Positions 29,910-43,882 are shown, counted from the stretch's first letter. The stretch: DNA of 64,000 nucleotides from an uncultured Acidobacteriota bacterium (GCA_963701315.1 OY969603.1:2571537-2635536), one strand, 5' to 3'. The notes: generated by a model from the letters alone, not told the origin. Numbers and translations are program-made.

Positions 29910-32900
29910 CTACCACCCCGGCTGAATCGAGAACTGGAACACCCACCCGTGGCTGGTGCGCTGAAGCGGCTTGGCCACGTCGAACTCAGCGGGAATGAGG
30001 CCGAACAGCCGCACGCGGGCGACTAGCCCCGTACTCGACACGCCTCGGCGATCGCCACCGAACAGTCGCGGCGTCTGTCCCCGGCTCCACGCCACGCCGG
30101 CGTCGGCGAACACGCCGAGTTCGATCGGCACCGGACCGTACATCTTCGGTTTCACGCCAAGCGGACGCAGCAACGGGAAACGAAACTCCAGGTTCCCCAC
30201 CAGGACCCGGCTCCCGACCAACCGGTCCAACTCCTCGCACAGGCCGTTCGGGGCGGGCGTACACTCCCCCGCGCCGAATGAGTCGAACGTATAGCCGCGC
30301 ACCAGGCCCGGATACCCCAGATAGAGCGGCACGAGCCGGGGATCTTCGGCGTCCGGCCCGTAGCGCCCGAAGTGCAACAGGCGGACGGCGAGGGTGTAGA
30401 ACGGTGCCGGCATGACGTAGCGCCGGTAGTCGGCGAGCACGGTGTCGAACCGCAGGTTTCCGATCGTGGGCGACAGCTGGACGCGGGCACTCTGGCCCGT
30501 GATGGGGCTCGTCGGCCCGACGATCGAGGTGTCGTAGACCACGGCGGCGCTGAATTCACCCAGGCTGAGCGGTCCGGATGTGGGCGTGTCGCTGGTCTGA
30601 TCGCTCAGCACGTTCAGCGTGGTCGGATCGAAGGTCAGCGTTTCGACCTGCTGGTCGAAGCTGACATGGCTGTAGCCGCCCGCGAACTCGAGGCGCAGGG
30701 CCTCGTTGATCGGATAGGCGGCCACAGCCATCGCCGAGCGTTCCACCTGGCGGTAGATCACGAGCTGTTCCTGGCCCGCCGCCGTGCCATTCACGCTCGT
30801 CGTGCTCTCGGAAATCCCGCCGGCCAGGTACGGGGTCTGGCCCGCGGCAAACCCGTAGTTCCACCGGTGCTTGCGGCTGGAGAAGGCCACCTGCACGCCG
30901 GTGTTGCGCAGGGTGTCGGACAGCCCCCCGAACCCCGAGTTCACCTGCAGCGCCGTGCCGAGGTTGTAGTCACCCAGCAGGTCGCTCCAGAACAGCGAGA
31001 GACCGCCGCCGACAAACGTCCCGTACGAGCCGACGCCGGCCGTCACGCGGGGCTGCCCGACCAGATCCAAGGCCAGGCGGGCCGCGTAGGGCGCCACCTT
31101 CGGGTCCCGCGCGGCGGCCTGGCCGAGCGTGACGTCGGCGCGCAGCGTCGCCAGCAGGTCGTCGTCGGACCGATGCGAGGGCGGCAGGCGGCCCGGGTCG
31201 AGCCCGGTGATCTGCGCCGTGCCCTCGCCCTGCGACCAGCCCTGGAGGGTCGTGCCGTAGATCCGGTATCCGTTGTGTTCGTAGACGCTGAAGATCAGCC
31301 GCCGTCGCTCGCGCGCCAACGAGATCGCGGGGCTGAGCGCCGTGATCCCGCTGACGCCCGTCGCCACGTTGGTCACCGGCACGGCCCGACCGTTCGCGAT
31401 GCCGACGCGGTAGATGTTGCTGATCCCGGTCCGGTCGGATACGAAGAGGATCTCCGAATCGCTGGCCCACAGGGGATTGATGTTCTTCCCGAAGTCGGCC
31501 CCGGCAAGCGGACGAACGCCGCCCGTCGTCACGTCAAGCAGCGCAATCTGGTAGTTGCCGAAGGCAAGGTCCTCGAGGTGGGTCGAGTAGCGGTCAGTCA
31601 CAAACGCCAGCGTCCGACCGTCGGGCGACCAGGCGGGCTGCAGGTCGGCGAACGCATCGTGGGTCAGCCGCCGCGTGCTGCCGGTCTCGAGATCCACGAG
31701 GAACAGGTCGGTCAGCCCGCCCTCGAGGCCCGCGAACGCCAGGAACCGGCCGTCGGGCGACCAGGCGGGGTTGAACACTTCGCCCAGATCGGCGAAGTCG
31801 ATCTCCCGCTCGAGCGCCCCACCGTCCCCGCTGTAGATCGCCAAGGCGGCCGCTCCGCCGTGAACGGCCGGCACGACGAAGTGCCGGCTGTCGGGGGACC
31901 ACGCGCCAGCCGAGTTGATGAACTCCAGGCTGCTGAAGTGCGGGTCGACAGCGGTGTTCGTCACCCTCCGGGTGACCCTCCCGGTGGAGGCGTCGGCCAG
32001 AAACAGGTCCACGGCGATCAGGCTCCGCTCGGAGAGGAACATGAAGCGGCGGCCGTCGGGGCTGATCGCCGGCGACACGCTGAGGCCGGGGAATGCACCC
32101 GCGTCCGTCTCGAGGGGCGTGGCGAACGCCGAGAGGGGCCGGGTCTGCTGGCGGACGACGGACGCATCGGCGCGAAGGGCCGCCTGCCATTCGGCCGACA
32201 GCTGATCGGCGGATACGTGCAGCACGACGCCGAGCGCGGCCTCGGCGCTGGCGCCCGCGGCCGCGTTGCTCAGCAGCGGCCCGATGACACTGTCGCCCCA
32301 GCGCCCCGCAATGTACGCCCAGAGGGCCTGCCCCCAGCGGTACGGGAAGTACTGCTGGTTGGTCAGCTCGTGAATGGTGGGCATCCGCTCCTGGCTGGCC
32401 GCGTCCCGCATCCACATCGTCGTGTTCGGATCGACCGGCCCGAGCGACAGGTACTCCGCCATCCCCTCGATGAACCAGAGCGGGAGGCGCTCGGCCGCCG
32501 GAACGCCGCTCCCGGTGCCGTTTCCGCCCATCCCCATCTCGGCGGTGATGTCGAACTGGAACGCGTGAACGAGCTCGTGCCCGATCACGTGGTCGCTCTC
32601 GGCGAGCGGGCCCCCAAGGGGCAACACAATCCGCCGTTTCAGGGCCTCGGTCACGCCGCCCGTCCCCTCACCGAGCACGCCCTCAATGACGTTGGTCTGC
32701 TCGAAGTCCGGATGGCTCGCGTACAGAATCAGCGGCTGGCGGGAGATGATCTGGTGGTTGAAGATGCGGGCGAGCCGCGCGTACCAGCGCTCGGCCATGC
32801 GGGCCGCCTGGAGGGTCGCCTCGCGCTCGCTGGCGTAGAAGTAGATGTCGAAGTGCTCCGTTCGCAGCACTTCGAAGGCGAACGTCCGGGTACTGAACCT

Positions 32901-32997
32901 TGTTGCGGCCGAAATACTGGGCCGTCGAGAGTGTCGGCGTGATCCACGCGAGCGCGATCGCCATCGCCACCGCACGCCAGCGGCACACGCGGCCCAT
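29910..32997 (-). CDS. Outer-membrane protein: signal peptide + HEXXH metallopeptidase-like domain + PD40/TolB-type beta-propeller repeats + Omp85 (D15) beta-barrel; reading frame broken once
   Basis: The N-terminus MGRVCRWRAVAMAIALAWITPTLSTAQYFGRNKVQY comes from ORF 32683..33027. It joins (R)TFAFEVLRTEHFDIYFY after a +1 shift beside GTAC 32890-32893. Further features are VIGHELVHAFQF, repeated (A)WSPDG(R) PD40 motifs, and a C-terminal GNLEFRFPL...WVFQFSIQPGW ending in an aromatic residue. Confidence 0.8.
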
Positions 32998-33098
32998 GGG
33001 GACCCTCCGGGGTCGGGAACGCATCAACCGTGGTGAGGCCGGTTCGCGGCCTGCCTGGCTGGCGGGCCCGAGTCGTCCGACCCCTGATATGATCGCTC

Positions 33099-34103
33099 GT
33101 GTACCTTCACGTCACAAACGGGACATCGACGGCCCGGACCCTGGGCGCCGCCGGACTAGGGGGCGCGGTCACCGACTGGTTCGACCTGCTCCACGAGGGC
33201 CCCGTGCCGGCCACCTCGGACGAGGATGAGCTCTACGTCCTCCGCGCTCGCTACCTGGCGGAGAGCGGCTTCGCCGACTTCGACGAGGCGCTCGGGATGT
33301 TCCGTCGCCGCGATGAGGCCCTCCGCCGTCATGTCACGACGGGTGACGAGGTGGTCCTGTGGTGCGAGCACGACCTCTACGACCAGCTGATCCTAGTCCG
33401 GATGCTGGCGTGGCTGCTCGCCATCAGATGCCCGCCCGAGCGGGTCCACCTGGTCTGCATTGGCGACTTCCCAGGCGTCGAGCGGTTCGTCGGCCTCGGC
33501 CAGCTCACCTCGCCGCAGCTGGCGTCGCTCTTCCCCGCGCGCGCGTCGGTCGGGACGGCCGCCTTCGAACTCGCCCGAACGGCCTGGACCGCGTTCCGAT
33601 CGTCGGACCCAACGACCCTCGAAAGGCTGAGCGCCTCCGGGTGCCCCGCCTTGCCGTTCCTCGCTGCCGCGCTCGAGCGCCTGCTCGACGAGTACCCGTC
33701 GACCGCCAACGGCCTCGGACGAACCGAACAGGCGGCGCTCGAGCAGGCCGCGACCCCGTTGCCGCCCGACGCGCTGTTTCAAGCCGTCGGTCGTCGCGAG
33801 GAGCGGCCGTTTCTCGGCGACGCCCCGTTCTACTCGTTGCTGCGCCGGCTCGCCGCCCTCCCCCACCCTCTGCTCCAGCTCGAGGGAACCCTGCCCGGAG
33901 TCGGTCCAATCGCTGCGGGAGCGCGGGCCATCCCCGAGGGCGCCCGGGTCGTGGTCACCGCGTTGGGGCGCGACGTTGCCCGCGGCGGTGCCGACGCGGT
34001 CCAGTGGAACGGGATCGATCGGTGGATTGGCGGCGTCCACCTGCACGGCGCCGACGCCGCGTGGCGGTGGGACCGACGGCAGAAACACCTGGTCGCGACC
34101 TAG
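33099..34103 (+). CDS. DUF1835 domain-containing protein
   Basis: The GTG-start ORF reads MYLHVTNGTSTARTL...DLLHEGPVP...VVLWCEHDLYDQLILVRMLAWL, which is typical of DUF1835 and DUF3658-type proteins. Confidence 0.75.
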   Translation: MYLHVTNGTSTARTLGAAGLGGAVTDWFDLLHEGPVPATSDEDELYVLRARYLAESGFADFDEALGMFRRRDEALRRHVTTGDEVVLWCEHDLYDQLILVRMLAWLLAIRCPPERVHLVCIGDFPGVERFVGLGQLTSPQLASLFPARASVGTAAFELARTAWTAFRSSDPTTLERLSASGCPALPFLAAALERLLDEYPSTANGLGRTEQAALEQAATPLPPDALFQAVGRREERPFLGDAPFYSLLRRLAALPHPLLQLEGTLPGVGPIAAGARAIPEGARVVVTALGRDVARGGADAVQWNGIDRWIGGVHLHGADAAWRWDRRQKHLVAT

Positions 34104-34122
34104 CCACGCCGTCGCCGAACGC

Positions 34123-35550
34123 TCACGCGCACAGCACCCGTCGCGCCTGGTCCGTCACGTCCTCCACGCACTGGTCGATCTGTTCCTGCCGCGTTCTGAA
34201 GCTGAGGACACAGACTCGGCCGAGGAACCGACCGTTGACCGTACACCCCGACAGCATGACTCGCCCTCGGGCGACCACGCCGTCGATCAACGCCCGCGTC
34301 GCCTGCGACTGTCCCGCTTCCGTCATCCCGGCCTGGTGGACGTGGAAGGGGAACAGCGAGAGCTGGGGCTCGGCGTCGACGACGATCCCGGGAATTCGCG
34401 CGAACCGGGCGGCGGCCTCGACCGCGAGCGCGCGCTTCTCGGCAATCGCCGCCACGAGCCGATCGGCACCAAACAGCTTCAGGCACAGCCAGACGCGCAG
34501 GCCGGGGAACCCCCGCGACAAGTCCGGACCGTGCTGGCTCGGGTCGTAGAACTCGTCGGCATAGGACAGGTCCGGCAGGTAGCCGGCCGTGGCCTGGTGC
34601 GCCGCCCGCAGGGCGGCGCCGTCCCGGACCAGCAGCGCCCCGGTGCCGTACGGCAGGAAGAGGCCCTTGTGCGGGTCGAGGGTGAGGGAATCGGCTTCGG
34701 ACAGGCCCGCGAGGAGCTGCCGCAAGGCGGGCACGGCGTGGAAGAAGGCGCCGTACGCGCCGTCGACGTGGTGCCACAGGCCCTCGGAGCGGCAGAACTC
34801 ACCGATCGCCGGCAGCGGGTCCACGGCGCCGGTGTTGGTCGTGCCAGCCGCCGACACGACCATGAAGGGGATCAACCCGGCCGACCGATCCGCGTGCACG
34901 GCCGCCTCGAGCGCGGCCACGTCCATCCGGAATGCCCGGTCCACTTCGATGGGCCGCACTCGGTCGGGCAGAATCCCGGCCAACTTGGCCGACTTGCCGA
35001 CCGAGTGGTGGGCCTGCGTCGACGTGTAGAGCACGCCGTCGCGCAACCCCGTCCCCAGATGTCGCTCGCGGGCACACACGATGGCGTTGAAATTGGCCAT
35101 CGACCCGCCCGTCGTCAGCAGGCCGCGGGCCGTCGGGGGAAACAGCATCCAGTCGCGGAACCACTCCAGGACGTTCGCCTCGAGCTGGACCAGCGCCGGC
35201 GCGGCCACCCAAACACCGGTGAAGCGATTCACGCCGTCCGCGACGAAATCGGCCAGCGCCGCGGGATACAAGCCACCACCCGGGATGTAGGCGAGATAGC
35301 CGGGGGAGGCGGTGTTGAACGACCGGGGAATCAGGTTGTCGAACAGGTCGTCGAGCACGGCCTCGAACCTCGCCGCCTCGGCCGGGACCGGGCCGCGCAA
35401 CGACCGACATAGCGAGGCGGCATCGACGTCGCCGCAGACCGTCTGCTGCGGCAAGGCTGCGATGAAACGAACCACGCGGTCGACGACCGCTTCGCCCATC
35501 CGGCGCATGTCCGCGGACGTCAGCTCAAGGGTCGCAGGGTCGGTGGGCAT
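34123..35550 (-). CDS. Pyridoxal phosphate-dependent (group II, aromatic-amino-acid-type) decarboxylase
   Basis: Motifs are GGSMANF, HVDGAYGAFF and the PLP-lysine motif SLTLDPHKGLFLPYGTG. Confidence 0.9.
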   Translation of the reverse strand: MPTDPATLELTSADMRRMGEAVVDRVVRFIAALPQQTVCGDVDAASLCRSLRGPVPAEAARFEAVLDDLFDNLIPRSFNTASPGYLAYIPGGGLYPAALADFVADGVNRFTGVWVAAPALVQLEANVLEWFRDWMLFPPTARGLLTTGGSMANFNAIVCARERHLGTGLRDGVLYTSTQAHHSVGKSAKLAGILPDRVRPIEVDRAFRMDVAALEAAVHADRSAGLIPFMVVSAAGTTNTGAVDPLPAIGEFCRSEGLWHHVDGAYGAFFHAVPALRQLLAGLSEADSLTLDPHKGLFLPYGTGALLVRDGAALRAAHQATAGYLPDLSYADEFYDPSQHGPDLSRGFPGLRVWLCLKLFGADRLVAAIAEKRALAVEAAARFARIPGIVVDAEPQLSLFPFHVHQAGMTEAGQSQATRALIDGVVARGRVMLSGCTVNGRFLGRVCVLSFRTRQEQIDQCVEDVTDQARRVLCA

Positions 35551-35586
35551 GGGCAGATCCGGCCGTCAGGCACCTCGGCGGCCGCG

Positions 35587-35982
35587 TCACTCGCCCGGCA
35601 GAGGGTGAGCGACAATCAGGTGGTCCGCGACCACCCGACCGCCGAGCAGGTGCTCCTGGATGATGCGCTCAATCACGGAAGGGGTGCAGTGGTGATACCA
35701 GGCGCCTTCGGGGTACACGACGGCGATCGGCCCTCCCGCACAGATCCGCAGACAGTTCGCCCGGCTGCGCAGGACTCCGCCCTCGCCCGTCAGGCCGAGC
35801 TCCTCCAGGCGGCGCTTCAGATAGCCCCAGGCCTCGAGCCCCTCCTCTCGCTCGCAACACTTCGGCGTGGTCTGGTCGCAGCAGAGGAAGATGTGGCGCC
35901 TGGCCACCGGCACACCGACGGTCCGCGCCTTCTCCACCAGAGGCTCGATCTCGACGGCAGGCTTCTCGGTCATCAGCCGCAT
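35587..35982 (-). CDS. Thioredoxin-like [2Fe-2S] ferredoxin domain protein
   Basis: It starts at MRLMTEKP. The cysteine pattern is [14 protein letters not shown]...[22 protein letters not shown]. Confidence 0.75.
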   Translation of the reverse strand: MRLMTEKPAVEIEPLVEKARTVGVPVARRHIFLCCDQTTPKCCEREEGLEAWGYLKRRLEELGLTGEGGVLRSRANCLRICAGGPIAVVYPEGAWYHHCTPSVIERIIQEHLLGGRVVADHLIVAHPLPGE

Positions 35983-36070
35983 TGTCTCACGGCCGGGACG
36001 CGCCTCGGCTTCACACCGAGGATCTCGCCCCGCGGCGGGGGCGGGCACGGCGGGCGACGGGCGCGGCGAG

Positions 36071-36557
36071 TCAAATCCCGATCCCCGGCGCGACGTCCCG
36101 GAGGGCCGTTCCCGGTTCGAGGAACGTGGAGAGCGAGACCATCCGGTTGGCCCTCGGGTCCCAGGTCCTCGGCCTCTTCGACGCGCACTCTGATCAACGC
36201 CACGGTCGGGTCGGCCGGACCGCCGGGAAGCCACTGCCGGTATCCCTCGTGCCACAGCCGCGCCACCTGGGCGGCATCCTCGACGAGGGCGGCCGTACCG
36301 GACGCCCAGACGTAGCGACCGTCCGACGGGGACACGAACGTCACGTGAACCGCCTGTCGGTCACGGATTTCCCCCGTCTTTCCCGCCGACCGCGCCGTGA
36401 GGAACCACAGGTCGCCGTCGAAGGGCAGGCGCTGCACGACCATGGGCCGGCTTCGCAGCCGTCCCATGCCGGTCGTCGTCAGCATCGCGACGGGGATGCC
36501 GTGAATCATCGCCGCGAACGTCTTGATGGTCGCCTCACGCGCCGGGTTCTCCGCCAT
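36071..36557 (-). CDS. Pyridoxamine 5'-phosphate oxidase family protein (general stress protein 26-like); probable single frame break
   Basis: [28 protein letters not shown]...DLWFLT...[13 protein letters not shown] continues as [11 protein letters not shown]... (the AExWD motif) if one C is removed at about 36163-36167. The gene then ends at TGA 36073-36071. Unedited, the ORF runs to 35973. Confidence 0.65.
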
Positions 36558-36669
36558 AGCCGCTCCTCCCGAGGGGGCGCTGCGTGGGTGTCACGCACCC
36601 CACGTATAGAAGAACCCAGGTGAGGCTGCCGGGTCAATCGCCCCGTGGCGGCAGGCTGTCGACCCCCGT

Positions 36670-38445
36670 CTACGCGGACGGCTCCCGCCACAGGCGGAAC
36701 GTCTCGAGAATCGACCCGCCGATGAACTCCCGCAGAATCGAGTTGTCGGGCACCGGGTCGGGCGACGCCGGCAGGAACCACTGGAGGAACGACAGCAGCC
36801 GGTTGGCCTCGACATACTCCGCCGCCCCGTACCGTACCTGGAGGAGCAACGGCTCGGCCAGCGGCCGGAGGACGGCTAATTCGTGCACCAGGGCGGAATT
36901 GAAGATGGCGTCGCTGTTCTCCTGGAACGGGAAGATGTGCCGTTTCTCGCCGCTGGTGACCGAATCCCAGCGTGCCAGCGTCTGTGTCGCGGTGTAGCCG
37001 CGCGTGGCGGCGTCTCGCACGACCCGTCGGATCAGCCGGCCGTCGGTGGTGCTCACGCGGTTGTAGCGGTCCAAGTTGAGCTGCGTCAGCGCAGACACGT
37101 AGATCCGGTACACGCAATCGGGCGGCAGGCCCGGGACCAGGGCGGGGTTCAGGCCATGGATGCCCTCGACGATGATGATGCTGTCGGCGCCCAGCGAGAT
37201 GTCCGACCCCGGCTCCCGCATGCCAGTCTTGAAGTTGTACCGCGGCAAGGGAGTGGTCCGTCCCGCCATCAGGCTGAGCAGGTGCTCGTTGAACAGGGCC
37301 ACGTCGAGCGCATTCAGGCACTCGTAGTCGTACTGCCCGTTGGCGTCGCGCGGCGTCCGGTCCCGATCGACGAAGTAGTCGTCCAGACCGAGCGGAAACG
37401 GGCGCCGGCCGTTGGCCAGCAACTGGACGGCCAGGCGTTTGGAGAACGTCGTCTTGCCGGAGGAAGACGGCCCGGCAATCAGCACCACCTTGATGCGCTC
37501 CGCCTGGTCGGCGATGTCCTGGGCGATTTTCGCAATGCGCGCCTCGTGCAGCGCCTCGGCCACCAGCGACACCTCGGGCAGCCGACCGGCGGCGATCGCG
37601 TCGTTGAGGATCCCCACGCCACGGATTCCGAGGCGGTCCAACCAGCGGTTGGCCTCCTCGAACACCTGAAACAGCTTCGGGTACGGCGTGATCGGCGCCA
37701 GTTCCGTGGGCCGGGTCCGGCGGGGGAACTGCAGCATGAACCCCGGCGGAAAGGCGTGCAGCGCGAAGTACTTGAGGCACCCCGTCGACGGCACCATGTA
37801 GCCTTGGAAGTAGTCCTGACGTCCGCGCAGCGTGTAGCAGACGACGGTGTCCTTCTGCCGGTGCGCCAGCAGCCGGACGCGTTCGTCTTCGCCCCGTTCC
37901 GCAAACAGCGCCATCGCCTCGCTGACCGCCATCGGCGTGCGCGCCAGGGGCGCGTCGGCCGCGACGATCTCGCGCATCCTCGCCTCGATTTGCCACAGTT
38001 CCAGCTGGGTGAACGGATCGTGGCCGCTCACCGTGCAGAAGTACCCGCCGACGGTGGACGCCGAGTGCTCGATGCTCACGTCAGCGCCGGGGAACACCTC
38101 GGCGGCGGCCGTCATCAGCAGAAAGGCCAGCGACCGGCGGTAGATGCGGCCACCGTCGCCCTCGGCCGTGGTCACGGGCACGACCTCGGCGTCCTCGGTC
38201 AAGGGCGTGGTGAGTTCGCGAAGACGGCCGTTGATCAGGGCGGCGACGACGGGCGCCCCGGCAGTGGGCGACGGCGTGCTCTGCACCGGCAGCGCGCTCG
38301 GCGGCAACTTCTCCCGGCTCCGGATGAATTCGCCGATCGGCGTCCCGATGGGACCCTCGAACACACGGCCGTCCGGAAATGTCGCGAGCACGTTCGTACG
38401 CGGCTGTGCCGGCCGGACTCGGGCTCCAGCCAACGTGACGGTCAT
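36670..38445 (-). CDS. Nucleoside (uridine-type) kinase with an N-terminal TGS/ThrRS-like region
   Basis: It starts at MTVTLAGARV (38445). The P-loop is VVLIAGPSSSGKTTFSKRL, followed by IIVEGIHGLNP and a C-terminal region typical of this long uridine-kinase family. Confidence 0.8.
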   Translation of the reverse strand: MTVTLAGARVRPAQPRTNVLATFPDGRVFEGPIGTPIGEFIRSREKLPPSALPVQSTPSPTAGAPVVAALINGRLRELTTPLTEDAEVVPVTTAEGDGGRIYRRSLAFLLMTAAAEVFPGADVSIEHSASTVGGYFCTVSGHDPFTQLELWQIEARMREIVAADAPLARTPMAVSEAMALFAERGEDERVRLLAHRQKDTVVCYTLRGRQDYFQGYMVPSTGCLKYFALHAFPPGFMLQFPRRTRPTELAPITPYPKLFQVFEEANRWLDRLGIRGVGILNDAIAAGRLPEVSLVAEALHEARIAKIAQDIADQAERIKVVLIAGPSSSGKTTFSKRLAVQLLANGRRPFPLGLDDYFVDRDRTPRDANGQYDYECLNALDVALFNEHLLSLMAGRTTPLPRYNFKTGMREPGSDISLGADSIIIVEGIHGLNPALVPGLPPDCVYRIYVSALTQLNLDRYNRVSTTDGRLIRRVVRDAATRGYTATQTLARWDSVTSGEKRHIFPFQENSDAIFNSALVHELAVLRPLAEPLLLQVRYGAAEYVEANRLLSFLQWFLPASPDPVPDNSILREFIGGSILETFRLWREPSA

Positions 38446-38578
38446 AGGATGCCCATCATATACCAGCCGCGCAGCGCTCGCTCGTGAGCGGCCCGCAGCG
38501 CCCCTGCCATCTGGCGGTGCCTTCCGCGGGCGGGACCTTTGGGGTATTGTAGGCGCGCCCCCGTGGGAGGTCTCATCG

Positions 38579-41419
<2,841 letters not shown>

Positions 41420-41440
41420 TGCCCGGGGACGAGTCACCAG

Positions 41441-41470
41441 GGCGGGGTGGGCCTACGCGCCTGCCCCGCC
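41441..41470. terminator. GC hairpin between convergent genes (possible bidirectional terminator)
   Basis: GGCGGGG...CCCCGCC flanks a 16-nt loop region in the 64-nt gap between the M14 gene and the hybrid kinase gene. Confidence 0.3.
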
Positions 41471-41483
41471 CGACCCGACCGAG

Positions 41484-43829
41484 TCAGCGATCGTCGGAGG
41501 CAGGCAGCAGGCCGGAGAGCAACTCCCGCATCCGGCCGAGGGTGTAGGGCTTTTGCAAGACGCCCTCGACCGACTGGCCCGTGAAGCGGGAGGTTACGTC
41601 CTCCTCGCTGTAGCCGCTGGCGAGCACCACGCGTACACCAGGATCGACGCGCCTCAACTCCGCAAGCGCCTCGATGCCGTCGAGATGCGGCATGGTGAGG
41701 TCCAGCACCACGAGGGCAATCTCCTCGCGCCGCTGCCGATAGAGTTCCACGGCCTGCCGGCCGTCAGCCGCCGTCACGACCGAGAACCCGAGTCGCTCGA
41801 GCATCCGGGCTCCGAGCGCCCGCAAGCTCTCTTCGTCGTCGGCCAACAGGATCGTGCCGTGACCGCGCCAGGAGGCTCCCGTCTTCCGCTCGCCCCCGAC
41901 CGCCATCCCGTCGACGGAGTCGACCGCCGGGAAGAGCAGTCTGAACGTCGTGCCCTTGCCCGGTTCGCTGTACACCTTGATGGCGCCCCGGTGGGCCCGC
42001 ACGATGCCTAGGACCGCGGCCAGTCCGAGGCCCCGACCGGAGAACTTGGTCGTGAAGAACGGCTCGAAGATCCGGCCACGCACCTCCGGCGTCAGACCGC
42101 AGCCCGTGTCGGTCACCTCGACGTGCACGTAGGTGCCGGGCGTCAGGTCCGTCGCCAGCTCCGTCGCGCGCAGGTACTCCTCGTCGCACCGGGTGGCACC
42201 GGCCGACAGCGCGATGACGCCGCTGCGGTCGCCGATCGCCTCCGACGCATTGACGATGAGGTTCATCACGACCTGCCGGATCTGGCTCGGGTCGGCCTGG
42301 ATGCGTGGCAGGCCGCGCTCGGCGTGCAGGCGCAGGACGGCCTTTTTGGAGATCGAAGCCTTCAGCAGGTGCAGCATCTCGTCGAGCAGATCGGCGACGT
42401 CGACGCGTTCGGAGGCGAACGGCGCGCGGCCGGAGTACGCCAGCATCTGCCGGCAGAGGTCGGCCGCCCGCCGGGCGGCGGTGGCGATCTCGTGCAGGTT
42501 CGCCCGCGCCGGCGAGGACGTCGACAGCTGGTCGAGTGCCAGCTCGGCGTGGCCGAGCACCGCCATCAGGATGTTGTTGAAGTCGTGGGCGATCCCGCCC
42601 GCGAGCACGCCGAGGCTCTCCAGCTTCTGTGTCTGCTGCAGCTGATGCTCGAGCCGCTTCTGATCCGCCTCCGCGCGCTTTCGGTCCGTGATGTCGCGCG
42701 TGACCGAGACGATACAGGGGGCACCCTGGTAGGTCATCAGCCGCGCCGACATCAAGCCGATCGTCACCGCGCCGTTCTTCGTGCAGAACTCGGCTTCCAA
42801 ATTCTCACAGACCCCGGTGCGCGTCAGCGCGTCCAGCAGGCGCCGGCGGTCGCGCGGATCGTGCCAGACGGCATCCGCCGGCGTCCCGATGACCTCGCCG
42901 GACGACCAGCCCGTGATGCGTGTGAACCCTTCGTTGGTGTCCAGGATCAGGCCGTCGGCTAAGCGGGTGAGCACGACCGCGTCCGGGCTCGTCCGGAACG
43001 CGAGCCGGTAGCGTTCCTCACTCTCGGCAAGGGCCTGCTCAGCGCGCTTTCTGTCGGTGATGTCCTGGACCACGCTCACGAAGTACCGCGGCTGAGCCTG
43101 ACCGTCTCTCACCAGGGCGGCCGACAGCCGCCCCCACACGACGCGCCCATCCTTGTGGAGGTACTGCTTGTCAATCTCGTAGCCCTCGCGTTCCCCGCGG
43201 AAGATCCGTCCCACTTCCTGGACATCTCGCTCCCGGTGATCCGGGTGCGTGATGTCGGCGAAGGTCCGTTCGCGCAGCTCGGCTTCCGTATAGCCCACCA
43301 ACCGGCAGAAGGCGGCATTCGCTCTGAGGAAGTGCCCGTCGGGGGCCACGACGACGACCCCCATCGGCGAATGGTCGAACATCACGGCGAACTGCCGCGC
43401 AGTCTCACGAAGGGCTGCCTCGGCGTGCTTGTCGGCGGTGACTTCCACGACGACCGCCTGCAGGCATGGTGCGTCCTCGTCGGTTCCCGTCGCGGCCCGC
43501 CCGCACTCGTGGAGCCAGCGGACCGAGCCGTCCGTGTGGACGATCCGGTAGTCGGCAGCGTACGCCCGGCCGGCCGCCGCGGCGCCGCGGCTGACCACCT
43601 CGAGCGTCGGAAGATCGTCGGCCACGACGATGTCAGACCAGGTGACACGACCCTCGAGGAAGTCCGCGGCGCACCGCCCGGTGAGCGCCAGCACGCCCGG
43701 GCTGGCGCGCCGCACCCGCCACGGCCGCGCGAGTTCGGCGCAGTAGATGGCCCCCGGCAGGCTCTCGATCAGCGCCATCAGGTCCACGTTGGCGGGCGGT
43801 AGCGTACGGGACGATGAGCAGTCGGTCAT
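41484..43829 (-). CDS. Multi-PAS sensor hybrid histidine kinase / response regulator
   Basis: Several PAS units (DITDRKRAE linkers) precede the HisKA motif LAGGIAHDFNNIL, a HATPase domain (DTGCG...GRGLGL) and a C-terminal REC domain (ILLADDEE...VLDLTMP). Confidence 0.9.
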   Translation of the reverse strand: MTDCSSSRTLPPANVDLMALIESLPGAIYCAELARPWRVRRASPGVLALTGRCAADFLEGRVTWSDIVVADDLPTLEVVSRGAAAAGRAYAADYRIVHTDGSVRWLHECGRAATGTDEDAPCLQAVVVEVTADKHAEAALRETARQFAVMFDHSPMGVVVVAPDGHFLRANAAFCRLVGYTEAELRERTFADITHPDHRERDVQEVGRIFRGEREGYEIDKQYLHKDGRVVWGRLSAALVRDGQAQPRYFVSVVQDITDRKRAEQALAESEERYRLAFRTSPDAVVLTRLADGLILDTNEGFTRITGWSSGEVIGTPADAVWHDPRDRRRLLDALTRTGVCENLEAEFCTKNGAVTIGLMSARLMTYQGAPCIVSVTRDITDRKRAEADQKRLEHQLQQTQKLESLGVLAGGIAHDFNNILMAVLGHAELALDQLSTSSPARANLHEIATAARRAADLCRQMLAYSGRAPFASERVDVADLLDEMLHLLKASISKKAVLRLHAERGLPRIQADPSQIRQVVMNLIVNASEAIGDRSGVIALSAGATRCDEEYLRATELATDLTPGTYVHVEVTDTGCGLTPEVRGRIFEPFFTTKFSGRGLGLAAVLGIVRAHRGAIKVYSEPGKGTTFRLLFPAVDSVDGMAVGGERKTGASWRGHGTILLADDEESLRALGARMLERLGFSVVTAADGRQAVELYRQRREEIALVVLDLTMPHLDGIEALAELRRVDPGVRVVLASGYSEEDVTSRFTGQSVEGVLQKPYTLGRMRELLSGLLPASDDR

Positions 43830-43882
43830 GCCTCCCCCCAGAACAGAAACAGGTCACGACGACCCAGGCGGGCGGTGCTCCC

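Noticed and set aside
30372-32942. Long antisense ORFs opposite real genes: 30372..32942 (+), 38633..40675 (-), 50804..52996 (-), 59327..61747 (-), 58555..60120 (-), 12619..14160 (+), 17309..19603 (-), 17563..19095 (+), 11204..12634 (-), 36506..37996 (-), 36883..38487 (+), 53601..54980 (-)
   Set aside because: All have Arg/Gly/Pro/Asp-rich low-complexity translations with no recognisable domains. Each overlaps a gene with strong family signatures on the other strand or in another frame.
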